DNA of 64,000 nucleotides from a virus (Duplodnaviria > Caudoviricetes): the IMG/VR virus record IMGVR_UViG_3300028797_000156, positions 11,466 through 75,465 of that record; one strand, 5' to 3'. Position numbers and translations under genes: made by a program. The notes under the pieces are model-generated. The model ran no database searches and was not told where the DNA came from. It was given only the letters and a program-made list of their open reading frames with translations. Shown piece after piece: positions 1 to 10,471 of the stretch. Within the stretch, counting starts at the first letter, position 1. The number at the start of each line of letters is the position of its first letter.

Positions 1-2476
1 TTGAAATATGATTATTATAAACATTATATTCAACATAAGAACTTTCAGCACCCACCGTATTAACCCAATATTCATTTGGGTGTGCGACTAAACCTTCGGA
101 AAGCATGTCATACATATACATATACCATGTCGTATTATCACGATATATTTGAATATAAATTGTATGATCATATCCAAATACACCATTTAATGACATAGTA
201 CCTTCTAAAGGTATTTCAAAAGTTTGAATAACAGTATTAGTTGTAAAATCATAAATTGAAAACTGAAATTCATCATTTGATCCTCTTCCAGTATATATAA
301 TGAAATAATCAGTACCCCATACAAAACTACTACACCAACTAGAAGGTGTGGTTACTTCAATTGGTATAATTGTTGATGGGTCAGTATTAAAATCAATATA
401 ACCCAGTTTAGCATCCTTGATCAATACTAATCTATTATGATATCTATCAAATAATTTAAGACACCAGGTATCAAAATATACATTATAGGATTCTCCTAAG
501 AAATTAGTAAAGAAATTGAAAGAATAATCGATAGCTGTTGTCGATGGGTCTACATCTGGATGAGCTGGATCAATTTTTATAGCTTTCATTGCTGAACTAT
601 GAGTAGCACTATTGATATACCAGTTATCAACCCAAATGATCCAATCATCTGAATGCCAAACGTAACGTCTATCACCGGATGCTGGACCTGGTAATGTATA
701 CATATATGGATGACCGTTACCATCATCTGATTCTAGATATATTAATCTATTATAATACCAAACCCAGCCAGTTTCAGATGCAAATATATTTGAAACATTT
801 CGATTACTATCATTTGCTATTTTAAAATTATTTTCAATATTAATTTCTGAATAAGAAATATCTAATGCATGTTTATTACGTTCACGTTGTGGATGAATAC
901 CCGGTCCCATATTATTAATACCACATGCTTGATTTGGAGTTTTAATAATGTATTTCTTGTGCTGTAAAGCTTGTGGAACCACTCTGTTATCATCTAACTT
1001 TACAAATGTTGATGCATCCCAATATTTATCGGTCATATAAATTGCAAATGTAGATGCATCATAAAAACCAGTAATAGCCAAATCAGTTCTTGTATTTATA
1101 TATACATCAAAGATCGTAGTTCCATCAGGGCCACGGAATTCAGCAGTATGATAGTATCCGTATAAGAAGAGTTCTGGATTTCTGAAATCATAGTCTGGAT
1201 CATCTACAAATGATTCAACTCTATCAAATTCTCCAGTAAGATAATTATAACCTTTTACTGCAGTGATATGAAAATCATTGACTGGTACTGTGTTATTATG
1301 CCATGTATAACCCCAGTTATCAGAACCTTCACCATATGATGATAAAAATGTGAATCCACCAAATACAGTTGTAAATGTATTATGTACAAAATCATCAACA
1401 TATGCAAAATCAAATGTGAGCTCTTCTGGAGTTGTAAGATTGAAGTTCTCAATCCAATATAATACTGCACGTCTTTTGTATCCGTGTTCACCATAACTCC
1501 AGTTTGACATTCCATCTGGTAAAAATATACCTTGTCCAATTTGTATTGCTCTTTTAGATGTTATAACTATTTCCGGTAATGTCAAATTACTTCTCAATCC
1601 ACCTTCGATAGCAACACTATAATGACAAGGGTTTGTTCCAGATCCACTAGTACATGCTCCTGCATTATTATATCCTAAACCAACATTGTACCCATCATGC
1701 AGTAAATCTCCACCGAATCCTCCACTTACATCAGTAGCTACTACTGGATACATTGGGAATTGATCTGATTCTTGAGCTCGTCCTGAAACATAAAAACAGT
1801 TACGTGCTGATACACCTGCATGTCTATGCATAGCTTTAACACAATATGCAGGATTAATGAAGAAATATTTGCCTTCATTCCATAATGTATCGAATAATGA
1901 AGCATTAATACTATTGGCACGATAAACACTGATTGTAACCTTCTCATTCAGCCTCTTAGTAAAATATGATGGTTGATGATTTGCATCATAAATTAATGCA
2001 TGTGTATTTATACTGCTTTCATTATTATTTAACACTTCAGCGAACTCAGTTATATTGGTATCTTCAGTTAACCAAGAATAGTTATAATCCAACACACATT
2101 GACCCGTTCTTCTTCGACCAGTAATAATATTTGTAACAGGATCAAAATAATTATTAATTACATTTACACCTGCGTCATATAATGTTTCACCAATTAACGG
2201 TGAATTTGGTATTCTTTGGAATAGTACAGTGTCTGTTATTGCCGGAGTACCACTACCAGTACCAAAAATCATATGATAATACCATGTATTTTCATCAGTT
2301 TTATATTCTCGAGTAAAACCATTATTAGTCATTACATTAACACCAAACTTACGTTCGGTAATATTACCATCTTTATCTTCACAAATAATTTCATAAACAT
2401 TTGATGCTCGATGTTTTGCAGGTAATGTTTCAATAAACTTCTCCATTTCTGGAGCAAGTTTCATCATTTCATACAT
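1..2476 (-). CDS. Tail fibre/baseplate-associated protein, paralog of 3090-5744; runs off the left edge (absent from the ORF track)
   Basis: AGGAGG RBS then ATG at 2476 (MYEMMKLAPEMEKF...NVYEIICEDKDGNITERKFGVNVMTNNG). The frame was open wherever I translated it. Matches the 884-aa protein at GNITERKFGVNVMT/GNVTDIKFGKNVMT, LTTPEE/MTTPEP and TDKYWDASTF/CEKYWDKTTW. Confidence 0.8.
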   Translation of the reverse strand, partial: MYEMMKLAPEMEKFIETLPAKHRASNVYEIICEDKDGNITERKFGVNVMTNNGFTREYKTDENTWYYHMIFGTGSGTPAITDTVLFQRIPNSPLIGETLYDAGVNVINNYFDPVTNIITGRRRTGQCVLDYNYSWLTEDTNITEFAEVLNNNESSINTHALIYDANHQPSYFTKRLNEKVTISVYRANSINASLFDTLWNEGKYFFINPAYCVKAMHRHAGVSARNCFYVSGRAQESDQFPMYPVVATDVSGGFGGDLLHDGYNVGLGYNNAGACTSGSGTNPCHYSVAIEGGLRSNLTLPEIVITSKRAIQIGQGIFLPDGMSNWSYGEHGYKRRAVLYWIENFNLTTPEELTFDFAYVDDFVHNTFTTVFGGFTFLSSYGEGSDNWGYTWHNNTVPVNDFHITAVKGYNYLTGEFDRVESFVDDPDYDFRNPELFLYGYYHTAEFRGPDGTTIFDVYINTRTDLAITGFYDASTFAIYMTDKYWDASTFVKLDDNRVVPQALQHKKYIIKTPNQACGINNMGPGIHPQRERNKHALDISYSEINIENNFKIANDSNRNVSNIFASETGWVWYYNRLIYLESDDGNGHPYMYTLPGPASGDRRYVWHSDDWIIWVDNWYINSATHSSAMKAIKIDPAHPDVDPSTTAIDYSFNFFTNFLGESYNVYFDTWCLKLFDRYHNRLVLIKDAKLGYIDFNTDPSTIIPIEVTTPSSWCSSFVWGTDYFIIYTGRGSNDEFQFSIYDFTTNTVIQTFEIPLEGTMSLNGVFGYDHTIYIQIYRDNTTWYMYMYDMLSEGLVAHPNEYWVNTVGAESSYVEYNVYNNHIS

Positions 2477-2490
2477 TGTTTATACCTCCT

Positions 2491-3006
2491 TTATTGTCTA
2501 TATTCTAATGGAGTGGAAGTGACATTTAAAATATGTATAGCTGATTGTGGTGTTGTTTTAGTATATTTTGGTAAAGTCATCTCATAATATGCTAAACTTT
2601 CATCATATAATCCAGTATATTTGATAGTTTCATCATAAAAATTAGTTGATACTTGCGTATAATCGGTTATTTCCAAAGGCTGAGAATATATACCAAAATA
2701 TTTGATAGTTTCATCATAAACATTTGTACTAGTTTCATAGTAATCAACAATGTCCAGATGATCTGGAGCATATATACCAATATACTTAATTACTTCATCA
2801 TTATAGAAATTTGTACTAGTTTCTGTGTAACGACGAACCTCACATGGATGAGATCCAACAGCTTTTATTTGTAAAAGAGCATCCATGGTTAATGGATCTC
2901 TATGTTCACCTGATACCCACACTCCACGAACAACTCTCAAAGGATTGTTAGAAGCTGGCAACTTAGGTATCCTTTTGTAAGCTTCTAAAGTTCTAAAGAT
3001 ATTCAC
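2491..3006 (-). CDS. 171-aa tail-module protein with three tandem ~25-aa repeats
   Basis: GGAGGTG RBS and GTG start; repeats RYTETSTNFYNDEVIKYIGIY / DYYETSTNVYDETIKYFGIY / DYTQVSTNFYDETIKYTGLY. Confidence 0.75.
   Translation of the reverse strand: MNIFRTLEAYKRIPKLPASNNPLRVVRGVWVSGEHRDPLTMDALLQIKAVGSHPCEVRRYTETSTNFYNDEVIKYIGIYAPDHLDIVDYYETSTNVYDETIKYFGIYSQPLEITDYTQVSTNFYDETIKYTGLYDESLAYYEMTLPKYTKTTPQSAIHILNVTSTPLEYRQ
2600..2831 (-). repeat. Three imperfect tandem coding repeats (~72-78 bp)
   Basis: Recurring tttgatagtttcatcataaa and tttgtactagtttc blocks. Confidence 0.8.
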
Positions 3007-3024
3007 TTAAATTCACCTCCAAAT

Positions 3025-3036
3025 TAACAATCTGTT
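3025..3036 (-). promoter_or_regulatory. Candidate late promoter AACA-N6-TA
   Basis: Minus strand AACAGATTGTTA just upstream of the RBS of 2491-3006; fits the AR9 non-virion RNAP promoter consensus. Confidence 0.45.
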
Positions 3037-3046
3037 TTTGATTAAA

Positions 3047-3071
3047 GATACCGGGGCAAGTCCCCGGTATC
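3047..3071 (-). terminator. GC-rich hairpin, probable terminator or processing stem
   Basis: GATACCGGGG-caagt-CCCCGGTATC downstream of the 884-aa gene. Confidence 0.6.
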
Positions 3072-3089
3072 ATATAATCAAAATATGAT

Positions 3090-5744
3090 TTACTGTTTAT
3101 CTCCAGGTGGTAATCCAGTGAATTCAGGAACATTAGTAAAGGTTGTGTAGAATTGTTTATTACGTAAATTGATATAGTTATTAACTGACGTAATACATGG
3201 AGTTGTTCCTGAAACTTTGTGCGGCATCCAGTGTTCCATTGGCCATTTCTTATGACATTCTGTGATGTAATAATCACCATATGGAATGAAGCATGCATTT
3301 GAAGTATCATCTTCCAACTTGACATAATCTGTATGGCCATCAACAAGGTTACCAAAGTCAATAACCCAGTTTCTCGTACCGCCATTGTTATTGTTACTAG
3401 CTGCAGTCTTTGAGTATAATAATACCATTGAATTTACATGAATCTTATGTAAATGGAATCTACACATTGTAGCACCATCTGTAGCAACACCTAAACTTGA
3501 TAAATCATGAACAGATGTTGGAGCATCAACCTTAATCCAGTAAGCTTGATTTGGATTGAATGTATCGATTCTATATACCACCAATGCATCATCTGTTGCT
3601 GTTACTCTTACTCTACTTAAAGAAGAAGCAACAGCATTCATTGCACTGGTTGTATTTGTGACCGTGCCAGATATGATATCACAGCATACCGCAGCAACTG
3701 ATGATGAGTTTGATACCAACCATACATAGTTTGTATGACCAAACATATAGTTCACAGTAAATCCAGATGGAATATTGAATGTCTGGATAACTGCATTGGT
3801 TGAACCAAATTCATATACCTGAACAATAGTTGGATCTGCAGTTGATATGTAAGCAATACGATTTTCACCCCAGATACAACACATCTTTGATGTTGGATAT
3901 GATACTGGATTGATTGTATTGCCTCTCAGATCAATTAAGTATGAAGTATTGAATCCGATACCTTGAAGTGTCATGTAACCTGTATCTGTAAATGATGGCA
4001 TCATATTATCAAACATATTGAAGTTCGTTCTTGTATCGAATGTCAATAACGTATTTGATACTGATGGCTTTGTTGACATATCAGTCAAGTCAACATAATA
4101 CAATGTTGTGGTGCTGACATGTTTACCATAAACAATTAACCAATCATTCCATCCATATGAGTAAGCATCTGTAGTTGATAAGTTCATATTACTAAATAAG
4201 TCATATGATTTATTCTGTAATGGAGATACAATTGTATTACCACACTTATACCAACCTGCTGTATAGTTACCGAATACATCCAACATGATTGTTGTCAATA
4301 CTGGGAAACCAAATGATTCCGATCTACCATTTGAAGGTACAACAACCAAACCTTCCAAAGTACGATGTGGAATCAAGTTGATATTATTTGCAGATGTTAT
4401 ATAGTATCGAGCAGTTTGACAGTTCATCGTATGATTATAATCATTCGTATGATTGTTCGGTACGTTAGTAAGGTTTGAGATATGATGCCATGTGGTTTTA
4501 TCCCAATACTTTTCGCAAGCATAAACAGTTGTCAAGTTTACATCGAATGCAGTAATCGCATCATGAGTATTGATGTTTTGATATAACCACATTCCCATGA
4601 TGGTATTATTATTCGTATAATAAATTGGCATTGCAAATGCTGTCTGCAAAGGTGTTTCTGTATACCATTTATCATTATCATTTAAGAATGTTTCCGCATT
4701 ATCCCAACCATGTGTTGTGTAATCATATAACTTGCATGATGTAACTGTTGCTTGAGTTAATGGTAAACACTTATCACTGAACTGACCGAATCTTGCAGAG
4801 ATACAATCATCCTTATGACCATCAGTGATTACAACTTCAGAGAATGGTTCTGGAGTTGTCATTAATTCACGTTCAACTGATAAGAATCCCGAATAATAAT
4901 CACAGTATCCATCAAGATATCCTGACTTAATCTTATCTTCATCTGATCCACTCCATGTATTGATCATAGTGTATTCTGAAAGATTTCGATATGTTGTGAT
5001 TTCATTATTCTGGAATGCCGAACGAGAAAGTGTTGATGTCATCGTTGCTTTTCTATTATTACGACGATAAACAACGATTGAACTATCCATTCTATTGAAG
5101 AATCTTGCTAAGGTTGTGATTACTGTATACTTTCCATTTGTCCAGTTATTCTGGATTAATGATTCATAGTATGATAAGCAGTAATACACATCAATGTACA
5201 ATTCTTCTTCTGGGATTTTACGCAATGTACCGTAATGTCCGGCTGTATCATAAACCCATGAGTGAGTCCATAATGCATCTATTGCAGTACCAATACCATA
5301 TTCTGTAATGGTGATTTCATCTGGTTCAGATTCAATTTCCAATGGAAATTTAACTTGTAATGCTCGACACACACAAGTTATCAAACCAGAAACATTGTCA
5401 TAGTACATTGGATATGCATAATCTCTTGTTTCTGATACTAATGTTGATACTGCATCATATGGATCCAAAAGTTCATGAGTTGTATGATTAAACCCTTGAG
5501 CTGTACTACCATGACCAATGTACATTTTATTTGGAAATGTTCCTGAATTTATGAAGAATTGTTCCATACCATAGTCAGTCATGACATTCTTACCGAACTT
5601 GATATCAGTAACATTGCCATTCTTATCCACTGTACGAGCAACGTAAATATTTCCAAAACCAGCACCGCGATCCTTCAAATTACCCATGAATTCCATGGCT
5701 AACTTAAAGGAATCGTCCATTGGTTTTGTGAAGACATTATCCAT
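3090..5744 (-). CDS. 884-aa tail fibre/baseplate-associated protein
   Basis: N-terminal KNVMTDYG...ITEYGIG segment typical of tail-fibre/baseplate attachment regions; Thr/Asn/aromatic beta-rich C-half; AGGAG RBS; tail-module context. Confidence 0.65.
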   Translation of the reverse strand: MDNVFTKPMDDSFKLAMEFMGNLKDRGAGFGNIYVARTVDKNGNVTDIKFGKNVMTDYGMEQFFINSGTFPNKMYIGHGSTAQGFNHTTHELLDPYDAVSTLVSETRDYAYPMYYDNVSGLITCVCRALQVKFPLEIESEPDEITITEYGIGTAIDALWTHSWVYDTAGHYGTLRKIPEEELYIDVYYCLSYYESLIQNNWTNGKYTVITTLARFFNRMDSSIVVYRRNNRKATMTSTLSRSAFQNNEITTYRNLSEYTMINTWSGSDEDKIKSGYLDGYCDYYSGFLSVERELMTTPEPFSEVVITDGHKDDCISARFGQFSDKCLPLTQATVTSCKLYDYTTHGWDNAETFLNDNDKWYTETPLQTAFAMPIYYTNNNTIMGMWLYQNINTHDAITAFDVNLTTVYACEKYWDKTTWHHISNLTNVPNNHTNDYNHTMNCQTARYYITSANNINLIPHRTLEGLVVVPSNGRSESFGFPVLTTIMLDVFGNYTAGWYKCGNTIVSPLQNKSYDLFSNMNLSTTDAYSYGWNDWLIVYGKHVSTTTLYYVDLTDMSTKPSVSNTLLTFDTRTNFNMFDNMMPSFTDTGYMTLQGIGFNTSYLIDLRGNTINPVSYPTSKMCCIWGENRIAYISTADPTIVQVYEFGSTNAVIQTFNIPSGFTVNYMFGHTNYVWLVSNSSSVAAVCCDIISGTVTNTTSAMNAVASSLSRVRVTATDDALVVYRIDTFNPNQAYWIKVDAPTSVHDLSSLGVATDGATMCRFHLHKIHVNSMVLLYSKTAASNNNNGGTRNWVIDFGNLVDGHTDYVKLEDDTSNACFIPYGDYYITECHKKWPMEHWMPHKVSGTTPCITSVNNYINLRNKQFYTTFTNVPEFTGLPPGDKQ

Positions 5745-5748
5745 GTTA

Positions 5749-6966
5749 TCACTCCTTTAACTTAATTCCGATATCATAAATTGTTTTGTAATCTCGTTTG
5801 TTAATAGCAACAGATTTCATTGTAGTTCCTGGGATATATTCAAACTCGCGTTCATCAGTAGCTTCTTCAAATGATAAGTAAGAAGGATTTAACTTTAACC
5901 ATGGATCCTTTGATTCGTATTCCAAAGCATCATTTGTAATGATACTAAACTGATTAATTTTGTATCCTATATTATATTTATACAAACCTTCATAGTTTAA
6001 GATACCAAATGAATAGTATTGTAAGAATAAATATTTATGATAAAATGCCATCGTAACCATTGCATCATAATCAGTTGTGATATTCCATGGTAAATAAGTA
6101 TAAGCAAACTTCTTACGTTGAGTTTCAAATACCCAAATCTTTTTATTCTTATTATTATCAGCCGTACTACCTGGAAGAATATATAATAAACCTTCAGTAT
6201 AGTATACACATTTTGGACGATGTTTAAATGGAACCGGAGTGTATTCAACATCCCAAGCTTCTGTTTCTACATCATATGAGAAAACATATGCTTGGTTAAC
6301 AACCCAAATCTTTCCTTCACCATAACATATTTCTGCATTATATGATGATATTGGGAAATCCAATACATTGTATGTTTGTGTTTGTCGATTATAAACAGCT
6401 AAGTTTGCAGCAGAATCGACAATTAATTTATCACACCATGTAAATGAATTTCGACTTGAAGTATCTGAAGATTTATAGTTTTCATAAGTCCATGTCAATG
6501 TATCTGTATGGAAAAATGCTAAACCACGAACATCCATGACTACAATTGTAGTACGATCATACCACTGAGATCTGAACCAACAAGTTGATGATCTAGCCAT
6601 TGAATACCAGGTGATATCGGATAAATTATTTAAATTTATCCGATACATTTCTTTTTCACCTGAATGCAATGTTACATATGCATATTGTCCATCACATAAG
6701 AAACTAGAAATTCTTTTGTTGGTTCTGTTATTCAACTGAGCTTTCGTTACATAACCAATGTAAGTAGTTTCACCGGTTTGAATATTGAATGATTGTATGT
6801 GTAATTGATGTGGACTTGTTGAAGTACGTTCAATACCAGTATAAATCATTCTATCATATTCGCATGTAAAGAAAGCTCTGTCACTTGCTGTCGCTACATT
6901 ATTAACATATTTTTTACTAAAACGAGATGTTCCATCCGGAGATGTTGATAACAAATTCAAACTCAT
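5749..6966 (-). CDS. 405-aa beta-rich (propeller-like) tail-module protein
   Basis: GGAGGTG RBS; repeated W/F/Y-rich strands (e.g. FSYDVETEAW, KIWVFETQRKKF). Confidence 0.6.
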   Translation of the reverse strand: MSLNLLSTSPDGTSRFSKKYVNNVATASDRAFFTCEYDRMIYTGIERTSTSPHQLHIQSFNIQTGETTYIGYVTKAQLNNRTNKRISSFLCDGQYAYVTLHSGEKEMYRINLNNLSDITWYSMARSSTCWFRSQWYDRTTIVVMDVRGLAFFHTDTLTWTYENYKSSDTSSRNSFTWCDKLIVDSAANLAVYNRQTQTYNVLDFPISSYNAEICYGEGKIWVVNQAYVFSYDVETEAWDVEYTPVPFKHRPKCVYYTEGLLYILPGSTADNNKNKKIWVFETQRKKFAYTYLPWNITTDYDAMVTMAFYHKYLFLQYYSFGILNYEGLYKYNIGYKINQFSIITNDALEYESKDPWLKLNPSYLSFEEATDEREFEYIPGTTMKSVAINKRDYKTIYDIGIKLKE

Positions 6967-6983
6967 TATACTTCACCTCCATT

Positions 6984-9900
6984 TTAGTTAGAGAATAATT
7001 GAATTGAATATAATTTAAAATCAGATTCTACATCTGAAAGTTTATCAACTGTAATATGATATGCATTATATTCATTATCATATTTACTCGTATGAGTGGT
7101 TAAATCATAAATTGTATCATCATAAATAGCATCGATTGCTTCACGATTTAAACGGAGATGGTTTGGTACCAAAACAGTTAATGTTTGTTTGTTCGGGAAA
7201 TATTTCACAGAAGCTGTACCGATATCATCATCTGGATCATTTGCAATAATATTGAATTTATCAAGAACACCAACAAGACTAGTTATCTTGTAAACTCCAT
7301 ATTCTTCAATATCTTCTGGAGTTATTTCTCCTGAGGTGAATACAGTCCAACGATTTTCATCTTCATCAAATGTTTTGTATCCCGATGAATCATGAATAAT
7401 AAGTTTCGATAATAATGCTTGCACAACATGAATCTCGATCTTTGTTACGTTTGGATTAAGTGTATTACCACCTAAAGTTGTAACTCCATTTGTGAGATAC
7501 CATTCTTCACCCGGGATGTAGTGTTCAGGTTTATATGAATCCGCAGTTAAGATGTAACCAGAACCTCCGGCACCACCTTTATCATTATCTGATGATCCAT
7601 TTGGATAAGTACCGGAACCGCCGAACCATCCTCCACCACCACCGCCTCCGCGGCCTCCGCTAGTGAGGAATCCTTTACCACCGTAACCAAATCCACCACT
7701 GATATCTGGATATGATGCACTTTGTGGTGAACTTGTTTGTGTACCTGGACCGGCATTAGTACCATTACCGCCAGAAATACTTCCGCCAGTAGTACCACCA
7801 CCCTTACCAGGCATACCTGATGAATAACCTTGTCCACCAGCACCGCCGGCAACAAGAATTCTTGACATCATTGATTTTGTCGGACCTGCATCAGAATCTT
7901 GTAATGGAACTCGAGTATTATTCCATGTATAGAATGTATTAGTTGTGATATCCAAGAAACCAGCAGTATCATCTGAATCACGTATAACTGGAACAAAATC
8001 ATGAACGGTAGTTCCTGATTCAGAAATTCGAATATTATACCATTCAGTTGGTAACACTGCATCATATCCATTACCACTATGATCTGCGCCAAATGAAATA
8101 CTTCTATTTGTTGCATGAATTGTATTACTATTTGAAATAGTCATGCTTTCGCCATCAGTATCAGAAGCCCATGTTAATGTGGTTAAACCAGTATCGATAG
8201 TAAGTCTGGTACTTAGTGGAAGTGATTTGGTACCATTTGCTTCCGCTATTCCAGAATACTGGTCATTTAACTGCCAATGTGCTGCCCTGCCAATGACATG
8301 TGGAAAGAATGCAAAACCTGCAGATCCATCATTTTGAACACCAAACAATACAGGATAGTTAGGATAACTACTAGCAATGATACTACAATCAACATGTAAT
8401 TCTGTTGTATTCTGAATAATATATCCAGGATCAAAATATGCTGATGATGAAGATAATGCTTTGAGTTGAGTATATCCTGAAGGAATATCTTGTCTACGAT
8501 CTGGATCTGGCATTATTGGTGCAGCTGGAGAATCATCCATCGTTAAACGGATATCTGTTGCACCACCACCAGCAAATGGCATCATTGTAAACATGCCAGC
8601 TGAAGGAGTACGATTTATCTCAGCTAAACCACCACCATTGTATGCACATTGATTATTCCAGTAACCAAATGGTCTGTTTTCTGAAGAATGGTTGTCTTGG
8701 AATAAACCAGAACCACCAACAACACCATACACAGTTTTCTTGTCATCTATCGTTAAACGTGCTTCAGAATAACCACCTTCGTATCGTGTTCCAGTTGATA
8801 AAAACATACCACCTTCACCACCCCAACATTTCATATCATAAACACCGGGGTACAATGGTAAAGCAGTAGCATTACCAGTCAATGGTACTATTATAGTATC
8901 ATCAACATTTATATTTGTTTGTTTACATATTAAAATACTACCAACTGTTGTTTGACAAGGAACAACAGCAGTTTTATTTAAATAGTAATGAGATGTCGGG
9001 ATATAACCATGTGGTTTGTATGAATCTGCAGTTAAAACGTATGATGAACCGCCAGCACCATTTATTGATGATTTTTCAAAATTGAATTGAGCTTCGGAAT
9101 AACCACCATACCAACCTCCTCCACCACCGCCGGCACCTTCGGCACCATATGATGGAGTCATTGTTCTTGTGTAACCATCTTCACCTCGACCAAATGCATA
9201 ACCTTCATCTTGACGGGCTGGACGACGGTCTGTATGTGAATAAAATGCACCGGCAGATGTTTGTGTATAACCAGCAACCAATCCACCACCATATGATGGT
9301 TTTATATTACCATATGCATACTGCTTAGCCATACCGCCACCGCCACCGGCTACGATGATTCTGGATAATAATGTTCTGGTTGGGATATCGAATGCTTTAC
9401 CATGAATACGGTGACCTGAAGCTGATCCAACACCAGGATGATATGCTTGATCAATGATGTCATACATTCCGTATGCTCCTTCATCCCATTCTCCAGCTCC
9501 TGCAACTTTAACTGGAACAAGATCATGCAACAAAACATCATTTTCATATATTTTACATGAATATATTTGTAAACCCCAACAATAGTCTTGTCCACTACCT
9601 GTACCAGCTGAACTACCATTATTATCAGCAAATAAATACATTGGATAGTTACTCGTTGGCATTGGATCTTGCATTGTCAATGATTGAGTTATTTCTCCAT
9701 CAGTCCATGATACTATTTGTGTTGGTGCATCAATTGTAATTGTCATCTTACGATCAGTAGTAAGGATTGGACCATTATCTGGAAAATATACATTATGACC
9801 AGATGTCTTTATACACACTTTATGAGCATCACTACATTTATATGAGAAATAAAATTCATCAGCATTACCACTGCTACGACGTGCACCAAATGGAATTTGC

Positions 9901-10460
9901 CATGAATTTGTTCTGCTGCTTTCAATACTAGCACCATGAATGTACATGACAATTTCAACATGAGAATTTGGATTTAATTTATATCCAGTATTAACAAATC
10001 CTGTTTCTTCATATTTTGTCCATAAACATTCTTGCTCTTCATATTCAGCAGGAATACCACTGTGATATACTGGTGGAACTGGAGTTGTATCCATTGTTAA
10101 ACGGATATCACTCGCTCCTCCTCCGCCACCACCTGCATCATTTCCAGTAGTTGTAACACCACCGTTACCACCACCATTGAAACCTCCGCGTTTCAATGTA
10201 TCATCACCGGCAATGTAATCATCACCGTTGCCACCGACAACAGCATACATAGTTTCTGTTTGATCAGTTTCAAATATACCATATGTAGTACCACCGTATC
10301 CCCAACAAGTTGCAGGATCGGTACCACCACCCGCACCACCATTGCAAATAAATAAATATTCACCAGGTTCAAGTGTAAATTCACGGGCTTCTCCAGTATA
10401 TGTGAATGTTTGATCAGCTACCCAGTATCTGTCATCATAAGCATATATTGTTCTTCCCAT
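6984..10460 (-). CDS. 1158-aa glycine-rich adhesin/receptor-binding protein with two Gly-rich domains, each interrupted by a LamG/ConA-like insert
   Basis: Two copies of GxGG...GGGG(A/S)(S/T)DIRL-[insert]-SRI(I/L)VAGG; inserts begin IPAEYEEQECL / IPSGYTQLKAL and end YENDVLLHDLVPV / SESGTTVHDFVPV. Confidence 0.75.
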   Translation of the reverse strand: MGRTIYAYDDRYWVADQTFTYTGEAREFTLEPGEYLFICNGGAGGGTDPATCWGYGGTTYGIFETDQTETMYAVVGGNGDDYIAGDDTLKRGGFNGGGNGGVTTTGNDAGGGGGGASDIRLTMDTTPVPPVYHSGIPAEYEEQECLWTKYEETGFVNTGYKLNPNSHVEIVMYIHGASIESSRTNSWQIPFGARRSSGNADEFYFSYKCSDAHKVCIKTSGHNVYFPDNGPILTTDRKMTITIDAPTQIVSWTDGEITQSLTMQDPMPTSNYPMYLFADNNGSSAGTGSGQDYCWGLQIYSCKIYENDVLLHDLVPVKVAGAGEWDEGAYGMYDIIDQAYHPGVGSASGHRIHGKAFDIPTRTLLSRIIVAGGGGGMAKQYAYGNIKPSYGGGLVAGYTQTSAGAFYSHTDRRPARQDEGYAFGRGEDGYTRTMTPSYGAEGAGGGGGGWYGGYSEAQFNFEKSSINGAGGSSYVLTADSYKPHGYIPTSHYYLNKTAVVPCQTTVGSILICKQTNINVDDTIIVPLTGNATALPLYPGVYDMKCWGGEGGMFLSTGTRYEGGYSEARLTIDDKKTVYGVVGGSGLFQDNHSSENRPFGYWNNQCAYNGGGLAEINRTPSAGMFTMMPFAGGGATDIRLTMDDSPAAPIMPDPDRRQDIPSGYTQLKALSSSSAYFDPGYIIQNTTELHVDCSIIASSYPNYPVLFGVQNDGSAGFAFFPHVIGRAAHWQLNDQYSGIAEANGTKSLPLSTRLTIDTGLTTLTWASDTDGESMTISNSNTIHATNRSISFGADHSGNGYDAVLPTEWYNIRISESGTTVHDFVPVIRDSDDTAGFLDITTNTFYTWNNTRVPLQDSDAGPTKSMMSRILVAGGAGGQGYSSGMPGKGGGTTGGSISGGNGTNAGPGTQTSSPQSASYPDISGGFGYGGKGFLTSGGRGGGGGGGWFGGSGTYPNGSSDNDKGGAGGSGYILTADSYKPEHYIPGEEWYLTNGVTTLGGNTLNPNVTKIEIHVVQALLSKLIIHDSSGYKTFDEDENRWTVFTSGEITPEDIEEYGVYKITSLVGVLDKFNIIANDPDDDIGTASVKYFPNKQTLTVLVPNHLRLNREAIDAIYDDTIYDLTTHTSKYDNEYNAYHITVDKLSDVESDFKLYSIQLFSN

Positions 10461-10471
10461 TATATATCACC

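Noticed and set aside
1-2490. Apparent 2.5-kb ORF desert suggesting stop-codon reassignment
   Set aside because: It is one minus-strand ORF running off the window edge; other genes end normally at TAA, TAG or TGA, so no recoding is indicated
1-10460. Diversity-generating retroelement acting on tail genes
   Set aside because: No reverse transcriptase in the window and no TR/VR pair differing only at adenines was seen
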